A stretch of DNA of 64,000 nt from Deltaproteobacteria bacterium (GCA_034670305.1 JAXMNT010000001.1:32001-96000), one strand, 5' to 3'. Positions 48,936-58,789 are shown, numbered from the stretch's first letter. Notes: generated by a model from the sequence alone, not told the origin. Program-made: numbers and translations.

Positions 48936-50764
48936 CGTGAGCCGGTGATCTCGACGCTCTGGTTCACGCAGGGGTCGCTGCCGAAGAAGCTGCAGTCTCC
49001 GACGAAGGTGGCGCTGAAGGTGGCGGTCCAGGTGTCGTCGTCGGTGAAGGCGCCGTTGAGGCAGTAGGTCTCGTTGCAGGTGCCGGTGAACATGCAGCAG
49101 ACGTCGATGTCGCGGCTCGGGGAGTTGGCCGAAGGACCGCGCATGAAGGGATCGGCTCCGTCGCAGAAGCTCGCTGGGACTTCGAGCACGGAGCCGTCGT
49201 CGTTGAAGGTGAACGACGAGATGTCGAGGCTGACGAGGCCGAGCGCACACGAGTACACGATGGGCGGCGTCGTGTTGTAGAAGCCCGACGGGTCGAAGTC
49301 CGTACACGCCGACTCGTCGTAGGTGCAGTCGGACGCGCACGTCAGGTCGCCTCCATCGAAGCCCCGGGTCGTGCAGTCCGCGCCGCCGAGCTGGGCGCCG
49401 TCGCAGGCTTCTCCGTCGGCGGCGTCGATCGTTCCGTTCCCGCATCGGTTGCAGCCACTGAAGTCGAAGCCGCACCCAGCCGCGCACCGGAGCGTGCCGC
49501 CCGCGAAGCCCATGCCGAGATCGGTGCAGTCCATGCCGTTCAGATCCGTGCCGTCGCAGTCTTCGCCCGCGTCCACGTCGCCGTCTCCGCAGTTCGAGCA
49601 GCCCCGCTCGTCGAAGCCATCGCAGCTGTCGTTGCACGTAGCGGTCCCAGAGAAGTAGCCGAGCGCGGTGCAGTCGCGGTCGCGGCCGCGGCAACAGGTG
49701 AACCCGTCGTCGCACGCACCATCGCAGTCGTCGTCCACGCCGTTGCAGACTTCGGCCGGCGGCACGCACGCGTCGAGGCTGCAGTCGGGCAGACAGGTGC
49801 GGGTGCCGGTCGAGCCGCAGGTGGTCGCACAGTCGGTGATGCTGCCGGGTCTGCACACGGAGGTCTCGTCGATGGCCCCGTCGCAATCCTCGTCGCCCCC
49901 GCCGCACGCCTCGGGCGGCGGAGTGCAGGTGGTCGACCCATCGGGCGCACACGCGGTGGTTCCGGTCGAGCCACAGCTGGTCGTGCACGGCTCCCCCATC
50001 GGGCAGCACCCTTCGTCGACGACCGCGTCGCAGTCTTCGTCGCCACCACCGCAGATCTCCGCCGCCGACGGAGACACCGACGCGTCCGTGTCGTCGCAGT
50101 CGTCACCGCAGGCCAAGGGTGTGCTCGGTGCGTGGCCGTCGCCGTCGGCGTCGATCAACGGGTGCACGCAGGCGCGCGTCTCTTCGCTGCACGAGTCCAC
50201 GGTGCACTCGTCGTCGTCGTCGCAATCCCGGAGCGAGACGAACTGACAGCCGAACTCCGGCTGGCAACTCCACTCGCCGACGCAGTACGCGCTGGCTTCA
50301 CAGTCCGCGACACTCTCGCAGGACGTGGGCGGCTCCGGGATGCAGCCGAACGCCGCCAAACAGATTTCTCCGTCGTCGCACAGCTCGGGCTGCGGCCGAG
50401 ATGTACAGAGCCCTTCCGCGGAGCAGAAGTCGAGCGTGCAACGGACCTCGTCGCGGCAGTCCCCGTCCGTCTCGCAAGCCATCGGCGCGGTGCCGCAACC
50501 GAACCCCGCCGAACAGGAGAGCCCGTCCTCGCAGCAGTCCGCGCAGGGCGTGTGCGTGCACGCGTCGTCGAGGCAGCGGTCGATGGTGCAGGCCACCCGG
50601 TCGTCGCACTCGAAGTCCGCCGCGCAGCGGGTGGGCGCGTCCGACAGCGCGGGGGCGTCGCCGGAGGTCGCATCGCTTCCACCGTCGGGGCTGCGCTCGT
50701 CCGACCCGCACCCGAAGCACAGAAGAAGAGCGCTGCCGACCAGGAGAACGCGCTTGTCGGTCAT
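48932..50764 (-). CDS. Cys-rich lipoprotein with MopE-like repeats
   Basis: MTDKRVLLVGSALLLCFGC; CDDRVACTIDRC, DADGDGH...DCDDTDASVSP, EICGGGDEDCD, EVCNGVDDDCDG, CGNGTID...EACDG. Confidence 0.83.
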   Translation of the reverse strand: MTDKRVLLVGSALLLCFGCGSDERSPDGGSDATSGDAPALSDAPTRCAADFECDDRVACTIDRCLDDACTHTPCADCCEDGLSCSAGFGCGTAPMACETDGDCRDEVRCTLDFCSAEGLCTSRPQPELCDDGEICLAAFGCIPEPPTSCESVADCEASAYCVGEWSCQPEFGCQFVSLRDCDDDDECTVDSCSEETRACVHPLIDADGDGHAPSTPLACGDDCDDTDASVSPSAAEICGGGDEDCDAVVDEGCCPMGEPCTTSCGSTGTTACAPDGSTTCTPPPEACGGGDEDCDGAIDETSVCRPGSITDCATTCGSTGTRTCLPDCSLDACVPPAEVCNGVDDDCDGACDDGFTCCRGRDRDCTALGYFSGTATCNDSCDGFDERGCSNCGDGDVDAGEDCDGTDLNGMDCTDLGMGFAGGTLRCAAGCGFDFSGCNRCGNGTIDAADGEACDGAQLGGADCTTRGFDGGDLTCASDCTYDESACTDFDPSGFYNTTPPIVYSCALGLVSLDISSFTFNDDGSVLEVPASFCDGADPFMRGPSANSPSRDIDVCCMFTGTCNETYCLNGAFTDDDTWTATFSATFVGDCSFFGSDPCVNQSVEITGSR

Positions 50765-50945
50765 GGGAGCCGCACGCCTTACGGTGCCATCGCACCGCCC
50801 ATCACCGCAAGGGCGGGCGTCATCCATGCATACCGCGCCAAGTCATTCCGACAGGCAAGCGTTGCGCTGCCCACCGTGGTGCCGGCACCATGCCGCGTCC
50901 GCGTCACTCGGCGCGGCAGCACCCGGATCGAAGGACACACACGCA

Positions 50946-52568
50946 ATGTTTCATGGCGGAAGAATCGTAGCGCGGGCGATCAAAGCAGAGGGCGTGGACC
51001 ATGTGTTCACCCTCTGTGGTGGACACATCCAGAACATCTACGACGGCTGTCTCGACGAAGGCGTCCGGGTCGTCGACGTTCGCCACGAACAGACGGCGGG
51101 CCACGCGGCCGACGGATGGGCCCGCGTGACGGGGCAGCCTGGGGTGGCGCTCGTGACGGCCGGTCCGGGCGTGACCGACGTCGTGACGGCGGTGGCCAAC
51201 GCGCAGCGCGCGGGGGTGCCGATGGTGGTGATCGGCGGGGCAGGCCCGACGGTGAACAAACACCAGGGCAGCCTCCAGGACATGGACCACGTCGAGCTCA
51301 TGCGGCCGATCACCAAGTGGTCGGCGGCGGTGACCGAGACCCGGCGGCTCGGCGAGTTCATGGAGATGGCGTTTCGACACGCGACCACGGGGGTGCCGGG
51401 CCCGGTGTTTCTCGAGATGCCGCTCGACGTCCTGATGATGGGCGCGAAGGAAGGCGAAGCGGGCGCGCCGGCGAGTTACCGCGCGCAGTACACGGCCGCA
51501 CCGGATCCCCGCGCGGTGGCGGCGGCGGCGGAAATCCTGGAGACCTCCGAGCGCCCGGTGTTCGTGGTCGGAAGTCAGCTGCGTTGGTCGTCCGATCGGG
51601 ACGCGCTGCGGCAGTTTCTGACCCACTTCGAGCTCCCGACCTTCGTCAACGGCATGGCGCGCGGTTCGGTGCCGCTCGACAGCGCCTGCTTCTTCAAACG
51701 GAGCCGCAGCTGGGCGCTCAAGAAGGCCGACGCGGTTTTCATCTTCGGCACCCCGTTCGACTTTCGGCTCAAGTACGGACACGCGATCCCCAAGGGCGTG
51801 AAGATCGTCCAGGTCGACCTCGATTCGACCGTGCTCGGGCACAACCGGGGCATCGACGTCGGCGTGCCGGCCGACAGCGGCCAGTTCATCGCGGCGCTCG
51901 AAGCCAGCGTGAAGCCCCGGAAGGGCGGGGACTGGCTGGCGGAGGTGCAGGTCGAAGAAGACAAGAAGCTCGAAGCGATGGCGGTCGAGATGCGGGCGGA
52001 CGGTGATCCGCCCAACCCGCTGCGGGTCTGCGCCGAAGTCGCCAAGTACGTCGAAGAGGACACGATCGTGGTCGGCGACGGGGGCGACTTCGTGGCGACG
52101 GCGGCCTACACCCTGCCAGTGCAGTGGCCGGGCGTCTGGATGGACCCGGGACCGCTCGGCACACTGGGGGTCGGCCCGGGCTACGCGATGGCGGCGAAAC
52201 TCGCGCGGCCCAACAGCCGGGTCATCCTCATGTACGGGGACGGGTCGTTCGGGCTGCACGGGCTCGAGTTCGAGGCCATGGCCCGCCAGGGCATCAAAGT
52301 GGTCGGGGTCATTGGCAACGACGCCGGCTGGACTCAGATTCTTCGGGGCCAACGACAGATCTTCGGCGAAGATCGTTGCGTCGCAACCAAGCTGGAGTAC
52401 ACGCGGTACGACAAGATCGTCGAGGCCTGCGGTGGACGTGGGTTCTGGGCGGAGACAGTCACAGACCTACAATCGGCGTTGAAAGAAGCGTTCGAATGTC
52501 CGGAGCCCGCCGTGGTGAACGTCAAGATTGGCGCGAGCGACTTCCGGAAGAACGCGATCAGCGTCTGA
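50946..52568 (+). CDS. ThDP-dependent enzyme, 2-hydroxyacyl-CoA lyase/IlvB-like
   Basis: FTLCGGHI, RHEQTAGHAADGWAR, TAGPG, GSLQ, DGGDFV, PGPLGTLGVGPGYA, GDGSFG...GNDAGW. Confidence 0.88.
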   Translation: MFHGGRIVARAIKAEGVDHVFTLCGGHIQNIYDGCLDEGVRVVDVRHEQTAGHAADGWARVTGQPGVALVTAGPGVTDVVTAVANAQRAGVPMVVIGGAGPTVNKHQGSLQDMDHVELMRPITKWSAAVTETRRLGEFMEMAFRHATTGVPGPVFLEMPLDVLMMGAKEGEAGAPASYRAQYTAAPDPRAVAAAAEILETSERPVFVVGSQLRWSSDRDALRQFLTHFELPTFVNGMARGSVPLDSACFFKRSRSWALKKADAVFIFGTPFDFRLKYGHAIPKGVKIVQVDLDSTVLGHNRGIDVGVPADSGQFIAALEASVKPRKGGDWLAEVQVEEDKKLEAMAVEMRADGDPPNPLRVCAEVAKYVEEDTIVVGDGGDFVATAAYTLPVQWPGVWMDPGPLGTLGVGPGYAMAAKLARPNSRVILMYGDGSFGLHGLEFEAMARQGIKVVGVIGNDAGWTQILRGQRQIFGEDRCVATKLEYTRYDKIVEACGGRGFWAETVTDLQSALKEAFECPEPAVVNVKIGASDFRKNAISV

Positions 52569-52578
52569 GGCGACCCCT

Positions 52579-54267
52579 TTGAACGACACGGACGAAGAGC
52601 ACGGCGACGGGCCGGACGAGACGACAGAACCGAGCGCTGCCGAAGGCAGTGGCAAGGACACGTCCGCCGAGGACGAGTCCCGGGCCGCGGCCGACGCTGC
52701 TGCGGATGGCGCCTCCCCGGAAGACGGCGCTTCGGGCGCCGAGCCCACCGCATCTCCGAAGCCGCCCGTCGTAGACGCCGCTGCTTCGGACGGGCCTGCG
52801 GCGCCGGCCAAGAAGAAGGGCGGCAGCCGCACGCCCCGGCGCAAGAAGAAGCTGCCGGTGCCGGTCCAGCGCGGTCCCCGGACCGGCCGCGGGCTGGATC
52901 CGGATCTGGTGAAACTGGCCAGCGGCGAGGAGTCGAGGCTCTTCAAGGGGCGCCGCAAGACGCGGGTGCTCAAGGACGACCGCCCCAACGCACTCGTGCC
53001 GGGGGTGGCCAACCGCGCGTCTCGGCGGCTGTACCTTGCGCGGCTCGAAGACCTGAAGGACGCCACCGAAGAGACCATCGGCTTGCTCCTCGCAGAAGCC
53101 ATGTGGCTCGGGCTGTGGCGCGGTCAGAGCCTCACCGGGTTCGAAGCGCTGGTCACCGACGTGCTCGGACGCGAGATGGCGGACGTGGTTCCGTTGGCCC
53201 GCGCGGCGGCGGAGAAGGTCGGGCTTCCGTTCGAGACGCTCGAGAACTTCACCGTGGCGGTGTGGATGCGGGTGGAAGACGCGCTCGTCGATGGGCACCT
53301 TCCGGGACGCATCCACGTCAGTCCGAAGGGGCTGCACCTGCTTCTGGATGTGCAGTCGGCGCCCGAAGCGCTGGTCGAGATGAGCTTCCGGCTGAACGAG
53401 CTCGTGGCGGATCTGCAGGAAGCGAACGAGTTCGAGGCCCGCAAGGACGCGGAGCGGGCAGAGCGCGCAGCGCGGCGCGCGGCGATCGAGGCCGGTGAAG
53501 AGCCGCCCCCGAGCCGGTTCGACAAGAAGCGGGGCGGGTTCAAGGACCGGGACGATCGGGGTGGCAAGCCATTCGACAAGAAGCCGCGGCGGGACGACGA
53601 CCGCGGCCGCGGCCGACCGTTCGAGAAGAAACCATTCGACAAGCGGGACGACCGCGGCGGCAAACCGAAGCGCTTCGACGATCGAGGACCGAAACGAGAC
53701 GACCGAGGGCCGAAACGGTTCGACGACCGTGGCCCGAAGAAGTTCGACGACCGGGGTCCGAAGAAGTTCGACGACCGCCGCGGACCGAAGAAGTTCGACG
53801 ACCGGGGCGGCCCGGGCAAGAAGCGGTTCGACGACCGGGGCGGCCCGGGCAAGAAGCGGTTCGACGACCGGGGCCCGAAGCGGTTCGACGACCGGGACGA
53901 CCGGGGCGGCCCGGGCAAGAAGCGGTTCGACGACCGCGGTCCGAAGAAGTTCGACGACCGAGGCGGCCCGGGCAAGAAGCGGTTCGACGACCGGGGCCCC
54001 AAGAAGTTCGACGACCGGGGTGGACCGAAGAAGCGCTTCGACGACCGGGGTCCGAGCAAGAAGCGGTTCGACGATCGCGGCAAGCCCGGCGACAAACGCG
54101 GCGGCCGACCGGGCGACAAACGCGGCGGCAAACCCTTCGAGAAGAAGAAGCGTTTTGGGGACCGTGGCCCGAGCAAACCAGGCGGTGGCGGTCGTCCCCC
54201 CCGTGGCGACGGTCCCAAGGCACCCAAGAAGGACGAGCACCGGTGGGACGACGGGGACGACGATTGA
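52579..54267 (+). CDS. Hypothetical protein with acidic N-tail, central helical domain and long (K/R)FDDRG(G)P repeat tail
   Basis: Coding-like codon usage; tandem KKFDDRGP / KRFDDRGGPG units. Start uncertain (TTG 52579). Confidence 0.75.
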   Translation: MNDTDEEHGDGPDETTEPSAAEGSGKDTSAEDESRAAADAAADGASPEDGASGAEPTASPKPPVVDAAASDGPAAPAKKKGGSRTPRRKKKLPVPVQRGPRTGRGLDPDLVKLASGEESRLFKGRRKTRVLKDDRPNALVPGVANRASRRLYLARLEDLKDATEETIGLLLAEAMWLGLWRGQSLTGFEALVTDVLGREMADVVPLARAAAEKVGLPFETLENFTVAVWMRVEDALVDGHLPGRIHVSPKGLHLLLDVQSAPEALVEMSFRLNELVADLQEANEFEARKDAERAERAARRAAIEAGEEPPPSRFDKKRGGFKDRDDRGGKPFDKKPRRDDDRGRGRPFEKKPFDKRDDRGGKPKRFDDRGPKRDDRGPKRFDDRGPKKFDDRGPKKFDDRRGPKKFDDRGGPGKKRFDDRGGPGKKRFDDRGPKRFDDRDDRGGPGKKRFDDRGPKKFDDRGGPGKKRFDDRGPKKFDDRGGPKKRFDDRGPSKKRFDDRGKPGDKRGGRPGDKRGGKPFEKKKRFGDRGPSKPGGGGRPPRGDGPKAPKKDEHRWDDGDDD

Positions 54268-54384
54268 CCCGCCAGGGCAAAAAAGCCCTTGCGGGAGACC
54301 CGATGATCCATAAACCTCCGCCTCCCCCTTGGCCCTCCGCGATCGGAGCGGCTGTTTTCGGGACAGAAAAGCAGTAGAAGAACC

Positions 54385-54693
54385 ATGTACGCAGTCATCA
54401 AGACCGGCGGTAAGCAGTACCGAGTCTCCGAGGGAGACGTCATCCGAGTCGAAAAGCTCGAGGGCGATGTGGGTTCCGACCTGGAACTCGACGAAGTCCT
54501 GATGCTTGGCGGCGAGAAAGTCGCCATCGGCAAGCCCGTCGTGGCCGGCGCCAAAGTCAGCGCGAAGATCATGTCGCAGGGCAAGGCCAAGAAGGTCATC
54601 GTCTTCAAGATGAAGCGACGCAAGGGCTACCGCCGCAAGCGCGGCCACCGTCAGCCGTACACCGAGTTGCGAATCACCGGCGTGAGCGCCTGA
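54385..54693 (+). CDS. rplU: 50S ribosomal protein L21
   Basis: [14 protein letters not shown]...[17 protein letters not shown]. Confidence 0.98.
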   Translation: MYAVIKTGGKQYRVSEGDVIRVEKLEGDVGSDLELDEVLMLGGEKVAIGKPVVAGAKVSAKIMSQGKAKKVIVFKMKRRKGYRRKRGHRQPYTELRITGVSA

Positions 54694-54705
54694 GGAATTT
54701 GAACA

Positions 54706-54975
54706 ATGGCGCATAAAAAGGGACAGGGCTCGACCCGCAACGGCCGTACCTCCAACCCTCAGTACCGTGGCGTGAAGCGTTTCGGTGGTGAGGTCGTGAC
54801 GGCCGGAAGCATTCTCGTTCGCCAGGTGGGTCTGACCTACAAGCCGGGCGCGAACGTGGGCGTCGGCAAGGACTACACGCTGTGGGCGAAGGTCGACGGC
54901 GTGGTGACGTTCGAGCGCCAGGGCAAGCGCGCCAAGCGCGTCGCCGTGTACGCCGTCGAAGACGCCGCCGAATAG
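54706..54975 (+). CDS. rpmA: 50S ribosomal protein L27
   Basis: [14 protein letters not shown]...GVKRFGG...AGSILVRQ...[10 protein letters not shown]. Confidence 0.98.
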   Translation: MAHKKGQGSTRNGRTSNPQYRGVKRFGGEVVTAGSILVRQVGLTYKPGANVGVGKDYTLWAKVDGVVTFERQGKRAKRVAVYAVEDAAE

Positions 54976-54993
54976 ACCTCTCGAGGTCGAACG

Positions 54994-55023
54994 AGAAGCC
55001 GCGCCGCAAGGTGCGGCTTCTTA
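54994..55023 (+). terminator. Intrinsic terminator after rpmA
   Basis: AGAAGCCGCGCC-GCAA-GGTGCGGCTTCT. Confidence 0.7.
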
Positions 55024-55036
55024 CGTTCCGTCGTCT

Positions 55037-55080
55037 ACGCCGAAATTAGGGCCGCCAGTCGAGCGAAGCGAGCCAGGCCC
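55037..55080 (+). repeat. Dispersed REP-like repeat (GGGCCGCCAGTCNNGCGAAGCGAGCCAGGC)
   Basis: Near-identical copy at 63960-64000; related copies at 58951-58996 and 63682-63715. Confidence 0.8.
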
Positions 55081-55096
55081 GTAGTAGGATAGAAAA

Positions 55097-56563
55097 GTGC
55101 AGCTCAATCTTCCGCTGCCGGAGATCGCCTTTGTCTCGACCGGCGCGCCTCCCGCACCCGAATGCCGTGTGTACTGCAACCGCTCGCTCCGGCTGGACGC
55201 GATCGACTGGGTGGGGTTCGACATGGACTACACCTTGGCGGTCTACGACCAGAAGGAGATGGATCGGCTCAGCATCGCAGCGACGATCCAGAAGCTCGTC
55301 GAGCGCGGGTACCCAGAGGGTTTGACGGCGGCCGCGTTCCGCACCGACTTCCCGATCCGCGGGCTTCTCGTCGATCGCAAGCTCGGCAACGTGCTCAAGA
55401 TGGACCGCTACAAGTACGTCAAACGCGCCTACCACGGGATGCGGGAGATGACGAAAGAGGAGCGGCGCCACTGCTACCACACGCGCCGTTTGAAACCTGC
55501 GAGCGGCCGGTACCACTGGGTCGACACCCTCTACGGGCTCAGCGAGGTCACCGTCTACGCAGCGGTCATCGAGTACCTCGAGATCGAAGGCCGCGTCGTG
55601 GATTTCGAGCGCCTCTTCAACGACGTGCGGGAGTGCATCGATCTGGCGCACCGCGACGGCAGCATCAAGGACGCGATCGCCGCCGACCCGGCCCGGTTCG
55701 TGGATCGAGATCCTCTGCTCGCGGCCACGTTGCATCAGCTGCGTTCGTCCGGGAAGCGGATCTTCCTGCTCACCAACTCGTTCCCGGCCTATTCGGATCG
55801 GCTGATGCGCTACCTGCTCGACGACGCGCTGCCGGCGTACCGGAGCTGGCGCTCGTACTTCGACGTGGTGGTGTGCGGCGCTGGCAAGCCAGGGTTCTTC
55901 ACCGAACGCCGCCCCTTTCAGCGGGAGGTGTCCGGCAAACTCGAGAACGTCGAGCGCCTCGAAACCGGCAAGGTCTACATCGGTGGCAACATCGGTCCGT
56001 TTCAAGCGCTGCTCGACACGACGCCCGACCGGGTCGCGTACATCGGAGATCACATCTACGGGGACGTGCTGCGCGCGAACAAGGATTCGGCCTGGCGCAC
56101 CGTCATGATCATCCAGGAGATGGACCGCGAGCTCGAAGCCCATCGCGAAGTCCTGCACTCGCTCGAGCGGCTCGACCGTCTCGACGAGCAACGGCATCGG
56201 CTGCTCGACGAGCTGGGCGATTTCCAGCACGCGTTGCGCGCGTTGCAGCGTCGCAAAGACCGCGAAGGCCGCCTCTCTCCAGGACTCGAAGCCGATCGTC
56301 AGCGTCACCGCCGTTCGATCGATCGCTTGAAACAGCGCGTGAAGTTGACCGAACGCGAACACGACCAGCTCGAACGAGGCGTGTCGCAGCGCTTCCATCC
56401 CTTCTGGGGTTCGGTCTTCAAGACCGGGCCAGAGGTCTCGCTTTTCGGCCATCAGGTAGAGACCTACTCCGGTCTGTACACGGCTCGAGTCAGCAACTTC
56501 CTCCGCTACAGTCCGCTGCACTACTTCCAGAGTCCGCGCGACCGCATGCCCCACGAACGTTGA
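55097..56563 (+). CDS. HAD-IG family 5'-nucleotidase (cN-II-like)
   Basis: GFDMDYTLA, FLLTNS, KPGFF, YIGDHIYGD, WRTVMIIQE, WGSVFK. Confidence 0.93.
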   Translation: MQLNLPLPEIAFVSTGAPPAPECRVYCNRSLRLDAIDWVGFDMDYTLAVYDQKEMDRLSIAATIQKLVERGYPEGLTAAAFRTDFPIRGLLVDRKLGNVLKMDRYKYVKRAYHGMREMTKEERRHCYHTRRLKPASGRYHWVDTLYGLSEVTVYAAVIEYLEIEGRVVDFERLFNDVRECIDLAHRDGSIKDAIAADPARFVDRDPLLAATLHQLRSSGKRIFLLTNSFPAYSDRLMRYLLDDALPAYRSWRSYFDVVVCGAGKPGFFTERRPFQREVSGKLENVERLETGKVYIGGNIGPFQALLDTTPDRVAYIGDHIYGDVLRANKDSAWRTVMIIQEMDRELEAHREVLHSLERLDRLDEQRHRLLDELGDFQHALRALQRRKDREGRLSPGLEADRQRHRRSIDRLKQRVKLTEREHDQLERGVSQRFHPFWGSVFKTGPEVSLFGHQVETYSGLYTARVSNFLRYSPLHYFQSPRDRMPHER

Positions 56564-56613
56564 CCCGCTGAAACCGCTACCGACCAGGTGGCCTGCCGCG
56601 GTAGATTCCGTCG

Positions 56614-56961
56614 ATGAGCACCGAGCATCGCAAGCACCGACGATTCGACGTGGCCCTCGCCGGTGAACTCACGGTTGGCGGAGAACCCGTGGCTGTCTCC
56701 ACCAGCAACCTCTCCGCGGGCGGGGTGGGTGTGCTCTACGAGCTGGAGCTTCAGGACGGATCCGAAGTCGACGTGACGCTTTTCCTCACCCAGGACGGGA
56801 TCGAAGATCCCGACGTCGAACCCTTTGAGACCACCGGGGTCGTGCGCTGGGTCGCGCCGCGGGACGACGGATTGTTTCTGGTCGGTCTGCAGTTCAAGGG
56901 CCTCGCCGAAAGCCAGCAGCAGCAACTCGAGCACTTCCTCGTCGCCGTCGACGAAGAGTAA
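56614..56961 (+). CDS. PilZ domain protein
   Basis: RKHRR (RxxxR) and NLSAGG (D/NxSxxG) c-di-GMP motifs; VRW...GLQF. Confidence 0.88.
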   Translation: MSTEHRKHRRFDVALAGELTVGGEPVAVSTSNLSAGGVGVLYELELQDGSEVDVTLFLTQDGIEDPDVEPFETTGVVRWVAPRDDGLFLVGLQFKGLAESQQQQLEHFLVAVDEE

Positions 56962-56968
56962 CGTCACA

Positions 56969-58516
56969 TCACAGGTGCAGGTGGACCCAGCGGCTCGCGG
57001 GGGCGAGGCGGGTGCGCGCGTATCCGACCAGGCCGCCCACGACGAGCGCGAGCAGAAGAAACGGCCGCGCGTCGGTTCCATCGAGTGCAGCAGGCGTGGC
57101 GTCGAGTCCGAGAAGACCGGCACCGACCACGCCCGCGAACGCGAATGCAGCGGAGGGAATGAAGAACTTGGACTCCGCCTGGATCGCTCGTGACGCGCCG
57201 AGCAGCAGCGCGGTGAGGGTCAGCCCGAGTCCGAGATCGTAGGGGGTGCCGACGCCACCGCCGCCGAACAACATCACCACGACCAGCGCGCTTCCGATCC
57301 AGCTCCGAACCCGTCCCAGCATGCGCAGGCCCGGCCGCCGGGCTGCCGGACCGGTGACGAGGACCAAGGGCGCAGCAGCCACCAGGAGAAGGCTCAGAGG
57401 CGTCCGCACCGCCAACCAATCGCCGACCCCCTCCGACTGAGCGACGAGTGCGCCGGCGGTGTGCGTCGTGCCGAGCAGGAACGCGGCGCCGAACACGATC
57501 AACCAGAGCCCGACCTCCGCACGGAGCGCCTGGAAGAGCGCTCGGAGCGGTTCGTGGCCTTCGAGCGCGGCGGCCAACGAGATCAGCAGGCCCGCGCCAA
57601 GCCAGATCAGGCCATCGATGGGTAGGGCGAGCACCGGCAGCGCGACTGCCGCAGCGAGTGCGTCGCGTCCACGCCAGTGGTGCGGCCTCGGGGAGCGGTT
57701 CGACACGACCGCGGCGACACGTCTGCGAGGACGGGTCCGAAACACCTGGGCGAGCGGACCGAACGACACCGCGAGGCCGAGCAACAACGCAAGGACCCAG
57801 AGCCCCAGGTGGCTCTCGCGGACCGGGGCAGCGAACGAGACTTCCGCGACGAACAGGCGAGCGCGTTCGGGGCGATGAAACCCCACCTCGAACCGGGCGG
57901 CGCTCGGCGAACGCAGATCGGTGAGATCACGGACGTGGACGCCGGCCCAGGTGACGATGCGATCGCCACTGCGCAGCCCGGCGTGTTCGAGCGGCCCGTG
58001 CACCGACTCCACGGCGACGCCTCCTTCGAGCGGAGGATCCGCCGTGAGCACCAGCCCAAGCGTCTCGAGGGCCACCGACGTCGCGTGGTGCACCGCGCGT
58101 CCGGGCCGTTCGGTTGCCGTGTGTCCGACGTCGAGTTCCAGTTCGCGGCGCCCGGTCACGAGACCGCCGAGCGGGCTCGGCAACCGCACCTCCACCGTCC
58201 CTCGGAAGGTGCCGCGGCCACCGAGCGCCTCGATCGCAGCCGCGTCGATCTGCGCGACCAAAGACCCCTCTCGCACTTCGAGCGGGACGTCGACCCGCAC
58301 CGGCAAGACACCAGCGGAGGGACGCCACAAGGTCCCTTCGAAGCGCAGTGTGCCCTCGGTCCCGGAGGGCACGCCGTCCGCCTCGATGGTCAGCTCGGTG
58401 CCTTCGTCGAGCACCGTCGGGGAGACTGCGCCGAGCGTCAGCAACTCGGCACCGTGCGTGTCTCCTGCGCATCCCAGAAGCACACCACACCACGCCAACG
58501 ACGCCACGAGCCGCAC
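56969..58516 (-). CDS. Putative lipoprotein with Ig-like and PDZ-like domains fused to a degenerate NuoH-like multi-TM domain
   Basis: Likely GTG at 58516 (lipobox LLGC); PDZ-like GVAVESVHGPLEHAGLRSGDRIV; TM region LRALFQALRAEVGLWL...G...Q...W and MLFGGG. Confidence 0.6.
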   Translation of the reverse strand: MRLVASLAWCGVLLGCAGDTHGAELLTLGAVSPTVLDEGTELTIEADGVPSGTEGTLRFEGTLWRPSAGVLPVRVDVPLEVREGSLVAQIDAAAIEALGGRGTFRGTVEVRLPSPLGGLVTGRRELELDVGHTATERPGRAVHHATSVALETLGLVLTADPPLEGGVAVESVHGPLEHAGLRSGDRIVTWAGVHVRDLTDLRSPSAARFEVGFHRPERARLFVAEVSFAAPVRESHLGLWVLALLLGLAVSFGPLAQVFRTRPRRRVAAVVSNRSPRPHHWRGRDALAAAVALPVLALPIDGLIWLGAGLLISLAAALEGHEPLRALFQALRAEVGLWLIVFGAAFLLGTTHTAGALVAQSEGVGDWLAVRTPLSLLLVAAAPLVLVTGPAARRPGLRMLGRVRSWIGSALVVVMLFGGGGVGTPYDLGLGLTLTALLLGASRAIQAESKFFIPSAAFAFAGVVGAGLLGLDATPAALDGTDARPFLLLALVVGGLVGYARTRLAPASRWVHLHL

Positions 58517-58679
58517 CTTCGGACCCTCGCGTTCTGCGGCGGATGGGTCAACAAAACCGACGGGGCGGAGCGGAGCGAGCCGCGCTTCTGGCGCCGGGTT
58601 GGCGGCCGGGCTCCCAAGAGAACCGACCTGGCAAAGCGGAGCGAGGTTCGGGAAGAAGTGCCCGGCGGCGGGGACCAAA

Positions 58680-58714
58680 GAAAAAGGCGAGAGACCTGAG
58701 TCTCTCGCCTTTTC
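58680..58714 (-). terminator. Intrinsic terminator of the tRNA
   Basis: AAAAGGCGAGAGAC-TCAG-GTCTCTCGCCTTTTT on the minus strand. Confidence 0.85.
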
Positions 58715-58716
58715 GG

Positions 58717-58789
58717 TGGAGCGACGGGGGATCGAACCCCGGACCTCATCACTGCCAGTGATGCGCTCTCCCAGCTGAGCTACCGCCCC
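58717..58789 (-). tRNA. tRNA-Ala(GGC)
   Basis: GGGGCGGTAGCTCAGCTGGGAGAGCGCATCACTGGCAGTGATGAGGTCCGGGGTTCGATCCCCCGTCGCTCCA; anticodon GGC, G3-U70; followed by CCG, so CCA is not fully encoded. Confidence 0.96.

Noticed and set aside
58717-58789. tRNA-Ala as an integration site for a genomic island
   Set aside because: No integrase and no duplicated tRNA 3' end seen; a terminator follows directly.
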